DNA from: a virus
Taxonomy: Duplodnaviria > Heunggongvirae > Uroviricota > Caudoviricetes
Length of the DNA stretch: 39,727 nucleotides
IMG/VR virus record: IMGVR_UViG_2778261268_000004
Strand: one strand, 5' to 3'
Shown piece after piece: positions 34,005 to 39,727 of the stretch. How positions within the stretch are numbered: position 1 is the first letter of the stretch; every line of letters starts with the position of its first letter. The position numbers and the translations under genes were made by a program. The notes beneath the pieces are model-generated. The model was not told where the DNA came from. It did no database searches and was given only the letters and a program-made list of their open reading frames with translations.

Positions 34005-36296
34005 ATGACGGTCTCAACCGAAGTTGACCACAACGAATACACAGGCAATGGCGTTACGACATCGTTTCCGTATACCTTCCGCATTTTCAAAAAATCCGAC
34101 CTGGTTGTTCAGGTGGTTGACCTTGATGAAAATATCGCTGTGCTGGCTCTTGATACTGATTACACTGTCACTGGGGCTGGTGGATACAACGGTGGCAATG
34201 TAATTTTGTCGAAGGCATTGGCCAGCGGTCATCATATTTCTATATCTCGAGAGCTACCAGTTACGCAGGAAACCGATCTGCGCAATCAAGGTAAGTTCTT
34301 TGCTGAAGTGCATGAGGATGCTTTTGATAAGCTCACTATGCTTATACAGCGGGCATATAGCGTTTTTCGCTTAGCTCTGCGTAAACCATCAAGCATTGCG
34401 AACTGGTACGACGCGCTGAACAACTGCATCCGCAATTTGCGCGATCCCTGCAACCCGCAGGATGCCGCCACCAAAAATTATGTCGATACGCTCGCAAACA
34501 GCAACTTAATCCGCACGCTGCGAGTTCCAGAAGTTATTATATCCTTGCCTGATGCTGAAACCAGAGCTAATAAGATGGTTGCATTTGATAGTATCGGCAA
34601 TCCTTTAGTGGTTTTGCCTCCTTCAGGTTCTGCTTCTGATGTTCTTATTCAGTTGGCTGCCTCAGATGGAGCAAAATTATCGTTAAGTCAAGTAGCCACC
34701 GCATATGGCCTTGATTTCTCGTTAGGCGGTGTATGGCGGGAGGGGGCGTTATCTAATGTTGATAACTGGTGGTGGTATAATAATAAAATCTACACTGGTG
34801 GTAGTGGCACTCTTCCGTCATCTCCTGCTTTGCCATGGTACGAAGTGACGGTAGCAGATTATATTTCTGTTGCTCAATTTTTCCCCATTACTGGTGATCC
34901 AGCGGCAGATAACTCAGCTAGCTTTAATGCTGCTGCAGCAGTTGCTTTATCGGCAGGAAAGAGGCTGTTTGTCCCTGCAGGAACTTACTATGTTAAGTCA
35001 CCAGTTGATTTAACAATAGGCACTGTTGACCTATTCGGGGATGGCGTTGAGAAGTCATTCATTATTGCGGGGAGTGGGTTCACTGGAGAGGCAGTTGTCA
35101 ACATGTACTACGAAACTGACTCTATAAGACGTAGCACATCTATCTATCACGTTACAGTTGATGGGAACAACATCGCCAACTATCCTTGCCGAATTCAATA
35201 TGTTCACCTAGGAAGAACCCATAATTGTCGTTTCATCAATGGCGCGGTGGCGAACTTATATACTATAAACGACTGGCTTAATACCTATGATTGCTGTTCT
35301 TTTGTTCCTGCGCCAAATCGCGGAGTTCACCTTGCTGGGGCTAACAACCGCGTAACGTTCAATAACTGTGGATTTGCATCAAATAAGGTCGGTGAATATG
35401 CCTTTTATGCTTCTGGTACTTCCCCTATTGAAGGTTTAAGCTTAATTGGATGTGACCTTGAGTTCGGCATTGGGCATGGCATGTACTTAAATACCCGAGT
35501 GACCAATATTGTTGGCGGGTACTATGGCGAAGCGATACAAGGCGATATTTTTACGGTTCCAGATGGAGTAGTAAAAATAAGCGGTGTAAATGCTTTTGTA
35601 GGATATTACAATGAGGGAGGAAGGTTTGTTGTTCTTGACAATGATGCTGTAGTTAAGGTTGATAGTTGCTGGATTGCAGATCAGGGCAACTTTAAACTTT
35701 CATTACTTGCATCAAGCGCTAACAACATGGCTCATGCTGTATTTACTAAATGTTATATTGGTGCAACTGTGTCTGGCCCACAAGTTATGGAAGGAGATTG
35801 TTTAGGCAAGATCAATATGAGGACGTTTGCAGAAAGCAGGGCAATCCTTTATACAATGAACAATACTGGTAATACAGTAACCAGAAGCAGATACAACTCA
35901 ATAGGAGCAAAAATAACCATTAATACCGTAACGAGCCCTAGTTCTAACAAGCTATCACTTAATACTAAGATAAAAGACAGAGGGTGGAAGGTTAACGACC
36001 GGGTGTACTTAATTGTTACTTATGAGAGTAATGTTGATATAAATATTTATTTAAGCAGTTCGATATATGCTGCATCGGATGCAACGCTATTTGGAACTTT
36101 ACCATCAACAAATGGTTCTTTATCTACGTGTTATATTGCTAATAATATTATTCCGGAAAATACATCTGAGATATTCGAGTTTTATGTAAATGGCGCTGGT
36201 GTTGGCGATTACTTTGCTATTCAGGATGTTACTCTTACAGACAGGTCATTCACTTTCAGTGGAACAACTATGACCACTTTTGCTAAGGCTGAATAA
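34005..36296 (+). CDS. Tail fibre/tailspike: T7 gp17-like N-terminal anchor plus beta-helix-like C-terminal domain (probable depolymerase)
   Basis: N-terminal pattern ending NKNYVDTL as in T7-type fibres; C-terminal repetitive Asn/Gly-rich region suggestive of a right-handed beta-helix. Confidence 0.85.
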   Translation: MTVSTEVDHNEYTGNGVTTSFPYTFRIFKKSDLVVQVVDLDENIAVLALDTDYTVTGAGGYNGGNVILSKALASGHHISISRELPVTQETDLRNQGKFFAEVHEDAFDKLTMLIQRAYSVFRLALRKPSSIANWYDALNNCIRNLRDPCNPQDAATKNYVDTLANSNLIRTLRVPEVIISLPDAETRANKMVAFDSIGNPLVVLPPSGSASDVLIQLAASDGAKLSLSQVATAYGLDFSLGGVWREGALSNVDNWWWYNNKIYTGGSGTLPSSPALPWYEVTVADYISVAQFFPITGDPAADNSASFNAAAAVALSAGKRLFVPAGTYYVKSPVDLTIGTVDLFGDGVEKSFIIAGSGFTGEAVVNMYYETDSIRRSTSIYHVTVDGNNIANYPCRIQYVHLGRTHNCRFINGAVANLYTINDWLNTYDCCSFVPAPNRGVHLAGANNRVTFNNCGFASNKVGEYAFYASGTSPIEGLSLIGCDLEFGIGHGMYLNTRVTNIVGGYYGEAIQGDIFTVPDGVVKISGVNAFVGYYNEGGRFVVLDNDAVVKVDSCWIADQGNFKLSLLASSANNMAHAVFTKCYIGATVSGPQVMEGDCLGKINMRTFAESRAILYTMNNTGNTVTRSRYNSIGAKITINTVTSPSSNKLSLNTKIKDRGWKVNDRVYLIVTYESNVDINIYLSSSIYAASDATLFGTLPSTNGSLSTCYIANNIIPENTSEIFEFYVNGAGVGDYFAIQDVTLTDRSFTFSGTTMTTFAKAE

Positions 36297-36302
36297 TTAA
36301 CA

Positions 36303-36328
36303 GAAAAGGTGGATCACTCCACCTTTTC
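36303..36328. terminator. Bidirectional terminator after the tailspike
   Basis: AAAAGGTGGA-tcac-TCCACCTTTT, A-run and T-run on both sides. Confidence 0.75.
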
Positions 36329-36475
36329 ATCAAGCCAGTCCGCCCACCACTGCATCATTTCTCTGCGCTTATCGAGATACTGAGCATGGTTGTAAATCCC
36401 GCGCATAGATCCTCCGTTAGCATGTGTCAGTTGCACCGCATTGACATCCTCCACGCCCTGAAGTACTGGGTTTTA
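36314..36475 (-). pseudogene. 3'-terminal remnant of a second P4-type integrase gene
   Basis: Open frame PVLQGVEDVNAVQLTHANGGSMRGIYNHAQYLDKRREMMQWWADWLDEKVE aligns with the C-terminus of the intact integrase (KALAHEQKGVRAVYNKAEYARQRAYMLQQWADMID) but is divergent; no upstream gene body. Confidence 0.6.
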
Positions 36476-36530
36476 CGGCGCACTGGATAAATTTACGATC
36501 TCATCCGTAAAATACAAAAAAACCACTTTA

Positions 36531-36580
36531 TTACCTTTATGGTGATTTATGTAAGGTGTTTTATTTAACCATATATGGTT
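36531..36580. promoter_or_regulatory. Operator-like imperfect palindrome TTACC-tttat-GGTGA plus palindrome AACCATATATGGTT upstream of the lysis cassette
   Basis: Same half-site variant as 7303-7317; AACCATATATGGTT at 36567-36580. Confidence 0.4.
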
Positions 36581-36641
36581 TATTATGTATGATGAACTCA
36601 CCAACTAAGGGGGACTTTATGCATATTAAACGGTGGTCACT

Positions 36642-37046
36642 ATGTCAACCACGCTGACAACGGACTCACTTAATCAGGGGCTTAGCCTTGGCGCGCTGGC
36701 TTCAGTTGTTGTCGGTGTCCCTCCCGAGGTGGCGTTAGGTGCGCTGGCCGGTGCGGTAATTTTTGTTACCTCGGCTGTAGAGTATCCGATCAAGCGTCGG
36801 TTATTACTTGCGTTTCTCAGCTACCTATGCGGAGTTCTCTTCTATAAAGCAACAGCAACACTGCTTATCGGAATAGCGAGCTGGATACCGAAAATCACAC
36901 CTGACTCATTCGAGAATGGGGTTGCGTTCTCTGCCGGGGCATTCGTGTCAGCTATCGTCGCTGTCCGCATTGGCATATGGCTGTATCACCGTTCTGAAAA
37001 TCCGCGCGACTTGATCCCGGGGAGAAAAGACGATGGTAACGCATGA
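36642..37046 (+). CDS. Membrane protein, putative holin/antiholin
   Basis: Several hydrophobic segments; GGTGG RBS; first gene of the lysis cassette. Confidence 0.5.
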   Translation: MSTTLTTDSLNQGLSLGALASVVVGVPPEVALGALAGAVIFVTSAVEYPIKRRLLLAFLSYLCGVLFYKATATLLIGIASWIPKITPDSFENGVAFSAGAFVSAIVAVRIGIWLYHRSENPRDLIPGRKDDGNA

Positions 37047-37341
37047 GCTTTTTTTACTTATCACCAATGCAGTTATTTGTACTGGCATAGCAATTCGCGT
37101 TGTTACATTCCAGCGTAACGGATCTCAACACCGAAGATGGGGTGGGTGGATTGCTTATTTCCTGATTGTTGCTGCTGCCAGTATTCCAGTTCGTGTCGCT
37201 TATGCAATCTGGTTACATACGCCAATGGCTGTGGATTTATCTGAGGTCATTATCAACGCTGTCATGCTTGCTGCGGTTATTAAAACTCGCGGTAACGTCG
37301 TTCAGATTTTCAAAATAACGAGGTCTAAACATGGAGATTAA
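37033..37341 (+). CDS. Putative holin (3 predicted TM segments)
   Basis: 102-aa hydrophobic protein directly upstream of the endolysin. Confidence 0.5.
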   Translation: MVTHELFLLITNAVICTGIAIRVVTFQRNGSQHRRWGGWIAYFLIVAAASIPVRVAYAIWLHTPMAVDLSEVIINAVMLAAVIKTRGNVVQIFKITRSKHGD

Positions 37342-37960
37342 ACAATTCCAGCGAGCTGCTGGTATCAGCGAGGCGCTGGCCGCACGCTGGTTCTTGCATA
37401 TAACTTCTGCGATGAAAGAGTTTGGTATCAGTAAACCCGAAGATCAGGCAATGTTTATTGCTCAGGTCGGGCATGAGTCTGGTGGCCTCACCCGGTTACA
37501 GGAAAATTTCAATTACAGCGTCACCGGACTGGCTAACTTTGTTCGGGCTGGGCGTCTCACCCAGGGACAGGCTAATGCACTGGGGCGCCGTGCTGGTGAA
37601 CCACCATTGCCACTTGAGCGCCAGCGCGCGATCGCAAATCTGGTATACAGCAAACGCATGGGTAACAATGCTCCCGGCGATGGCTGGAATTACCGTGGGC
37701 GCGGGCTTATCCAGATTACCGGCTTGAATAACTATCGTGACTGCGGAAACGGTCTGAAAGTTGACCTGCTGGAGAATCCTGAACTGCTGGCACAGGACGA
37801 ATACGCGGCTCGTAGCGCGGCCTGGTTCTTCTCCAGTAAAGGCTGCATGAAGTATACCGGAGATATTGTACGTGTAACTCTGATTATCAATGGTGGCAGG
37901 AACGGCATCGACGACCGGCGCGCGCGGTACATTACTGCCAGTAAGGTGCTGGTGGTATGA
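37331..37960 (+). CDS. Endolysin, glycoside hydrolase family 19-like
   Basis: AQVGHESGG ... GRGLIQITG ... NY motif series characteristic of GH19-type phage lysins. Confidence 0.85.
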   Translation: MEIKQFQRAAGISEALAARWFLHITSAMKEFGISKPEDQAMFIAQVGHESGGLTRLQENFNYSVTGLANFVRAGRLTQGQANALGRRAGEPPLPLERQRAIANLVYSKRMGNNAPGDGWNYRGRGLIQITGLNNYRDCGNGLKVDLLENPELLAQDEYAARSAAWFFSSKGCMKYTGDIVRVTLIINGGRNGIDDRRARYITASKVLVV

Positions 37961-38439
37961 TCTGGGCATTCGTCAAAGCGTACTGGAAACAGTTACTTAT
38001 CGTGGCGATGCTTGCTGCTCTGGTAATCGGCGGCAGGGTTGCCTGGAATGTACACGGCAGCCACCAGTACGATGCCGGGTATGCGCAGGCAAAGGCAGAT
38101 CAGAAACAGGCTGATGATAAAGCTCGTCAGCATGACGAACAGGAAAAAGCGACCAATGAACGTGAAGCGCAGCAGAGGATCGACCAGGCGCGCAATGATG
38201 CTCTTGATGCTGCCGCTCGCGCTGGCCGGTTGCAGCAACAGCTCGTTGCCATCCGTGAGCAGCTCAGGCAGTATAACGCCACTATCGGCACTGGGGCGTC
38301 AGCCGCAGACACCGGAGTTTTGCTTGCCGACGTGCTCAGCAAATCTCTCGAGCGAAACCGACAACTGGCAGAGTACGCTGACCGGGCCGCCGAAGCCGGA
38401 CGAGTCTGTGAAAAGCAGTACGATTCGCTGACACGGTGA
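37957..38439 (+). CDS. i-spanin (Rz-like)
   Basis: N-terminal TM ([14 protein letters not shown]) followed by charged coiled-coil; after the endolysin. Confidence 0.65.
   Translation: MIWAFVKAYWKQLLIVAMLAALVIGGRVAWNVHGSHQYDAGYAQAKADQKQADDKARQHDEQEKATNEREAQQRIDQARNDALDAAARAGRLQQQLVAIREQLRQYNATIGTGASAADTGVLLADVLSKSLERNRQLAEYADRAAEAGRVCEKQYDSLTR
38156..38431 (+). CDS. o-spanin (Rz1-like lipoprotein) embedded in +1 frame of the i-spanin gene
   Basis: Lipobox LALAGC after a basic n-region, Pro-rich mature part; AGGAAAAAG RBS. Confidence 0.55.
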   Translation: MNVKRSRGSTRRAMMLLMLPLALAGCSNSSLPSVSSSGSITPLSALGRQPQTPEFCLPTCSANLSSETDNWQSTLTGPPKPDESVKSSTIR

Positions 38440-38592
38440 CATGGCATTTTTCATGGCACTGATTTCCGGTGACGGTATATAAAACGGTACGGTGAAAATC
38501 AGATTGCATAAAATTGTTACCAGTCAATTGGTTATGTGTGTCGTAAATAATTGAGTGGGAATGATTTGACCCTGCACTATGAATGAACAAAA

Positions 38593-38618
38593 CCCTCTGT
38601 TACTACAGAGGGTTTTTT
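38593..38618. terminator. Bidirectional terminator at the probable prophage right boundary
   Basis: CCCTCTG-ttacta-CAGAGGG followed by TTTTTT. Confidence 0.75.
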
Positions 38619-38656
38619 ATCTTCAAGAATTATAGGATTGAAGTTACTAACATCGA

Positions 38657-39196
38657 TTAATTAAACCAGCTGTCCGATTTGTTCTCTTCTGCTTTGCCCA
38701 CGCTTTTCATCAGATCGCGACCGCCTTCAGTCATATTTCTGTTGGCGTCAGCTTCAGATTGCACCACATCGGTTTGCGCAGCTTTGTGCTTCAGTTCCTG
38801 ATCGATAAATTCGTTTTCTCGCTTAACGCGGGCTTCTTCTTTCGCCAGCGCCAGTTTTTGTTTCTGAATCTCTAAGCTGCGTAGCTCATCTTCATAACTT
38901 TGATCGCGTTTTTTGTCCGCAGAGGCTTCGGCGTCCAGTTTATCCTGACGAGCTTTCTTATTTGCCGCTGCCGTTGCCGCTCTTTTGTTAGCGGCGGCCT
39001 GGGCATTTGCGCGACGTTGCTTCTCTTGCTGGATTTCCCTGTTGCGCTCCGCGACCCATTCGTCATGCTGCCTTTGCTCTTCATTTTTACCTTGCTGTTC
39101 CGCTTCTGCGACAGCAGAGAGTTGATCCTGCAATGATGAGGCGATAGCCGGATAGCTTAAGGAGGCTAAGATGGCGCAAAGAAAAACTTTCTTCAT
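38657..39196 (-). CDS. Periplasmic coiled-coil protein with signal peptide (probably host or cargo)
   Basis: MKKVFLCAILASLSYPAIASS signal; Lys/Glu/Ala-rich body. Confidence 0.55.
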   Translation of the reverse strand: MKKVFLCAILASLSYPAIASSLQDQLSAVAEAEQQGKNEEQRQHDEWVAERNREIQQEKQRRANAQAAANKRAATAAANKKARQDKLDAEASADKKRDQSYEDELRSLEIQKQKLALAKEEARVKRENEFIDQELKHKAAQTDVVQSEADANRNMTEGGRDLMKSVGKAEENKSDSWFN

Positions 39197-39211
39197 GACT
39201 CCTCCTGATTA

Positions 39212-39727
39212 TTAGCTCTTTTCAGGACATTTGGTATTTGGCTGAATACGCGTTTCGTTATACGTCGTGGTAATAACAACGGCTAAACCTGTCGTAAACT
39301 GGCACTCTTTACCCACCTGGGTAGAGGTATACACTTTGGTGCCTTCCTTATAGGTTAAAGAAACACCTTCCACTAAGGTTTTATCATTCACCATAGAACC
39401 CGCTGCCGCGCCTACAGCTCCGCCGCCAACTGCACCTGCCGTCGTTCCGGAATTGCTGCCAGACCCGACGTTGTGGCCGATAACACCGCCAGCGACTGCG
39501 CCAATAAGCGCGCCGAAGGCTTGTGCGTTCCGTTTATTTTGGGAGTTGTCTACGGCAACTTTTGCGGGAAGAATGGAAATAATATTAACGGTTTTAGTTT
39601 CTTGTTTGGTATTCAGTTGATCGGTTTGATAAACATCGGCAGCATGATCGTCAGCATTTGACTGGCATCCTGCCAGAGTGAATGACGCTAACATTGCCAC
39701 AGGCAGAAGACATTTTTTAAATTTCAT
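39212..39727 (-). CDS. Glycine-zipper outer-membrane lipoprotein, YcfJ/SlyB-like (probably host)
   Basis: Lipobox LAGC; GALIGAVAGGVIGHNVGSG glycine-zipper; start codon at the window edge. Confidence 0.65.
   Translation of the reverse strand: MKFKKCLLPVAMLASFTLAGCQSNADDHAADVYQTDQLNTKQETKTVNIISILPAKVAVDNSQNKRNAQAFGALIGAVAGGVIGHNVGSGSNSGTTAGAVGGGAVGAAAGSMVNDKTLVEGVSLTYKEGTKVYTSTQVGKECQFTTGLAVVITTTYNETRIQPNTKCPEKS

Larger units (their letters stand above)
1..38620. mobile_element. Temperate prophage: lambdoid early/replication modules plus T7-like virion module; left end beyond window, right end approximate
   Basis: Contiguous phage gene content from integrase to lysis cassette; strong terminator at 38593-38618 followed by minus-strand non-phage-like genes; no att repeats identifiable inside the window. 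Confidence 0.8.

Noticed and set aside
1-39727. CRISPR array or T7-type RNA polymerase promoters
   Set aside because: No regularly spaced direct repeats with unique spacers anywhere; no RNA polymerase gene in the window, so the recurring motifs are more likely host-polymerase promoter/operator elements.

Overview
The window is almost entirely one temperate prophage of an enterobacterial host, from a P4/CP4-57-type integrase cut by the left window edge to a lysis cassette ending near 38.4 kb, followed by two probable host or cargo genes. All calls are from reading the sequence and the ORF track; no database search was run, so family names are from recognised motifs and remembered family patterns. 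Layout: (i) 1.2-7.2 kb, a leftward early operon (small ORFs, coiled-coil protein, RecE-like exonuclease, Red-beta/Bet-like annealing protein, AlpA-like regulator, MT-A70 methyltransferase, Ser/Thr phosphatase) converging on int; (ii) 6.6-7.6 kb, a lambda-like immunity switch (double-HTH repressor divergent from a Cro-like gene); (iii) 7.9-12 kb, O-like/P-like replication genes with iterons and a nin-like block; (iv) 12-14.2 kb, terminase; (v) 14.2-15.3 kb, a minus-strand island with tRNA-Arg(UCU); (vi) 15.3-31.3 kb, a T7-like podovirus virion module; (vii) 31.3-33.9 kb, a minus-strand accessory locus with antirepressor-like genes and an unknown 210-aa protein; (viii) 34-36.3 kb, a tailspike; (ix) an integrase 3' remnant, then holin/GH19 endolysin/nested spanins. 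The most unusual features are a 15-bp palindrome TTACC-N5-GGTAA found at the presumptive OL/OR and at about ten further intergenic sites, a perfect 12-bp palindrome GTGACATGTCAC present three times next to terminator hairpins, and the accessory locus at 31.3-33.9 kb.
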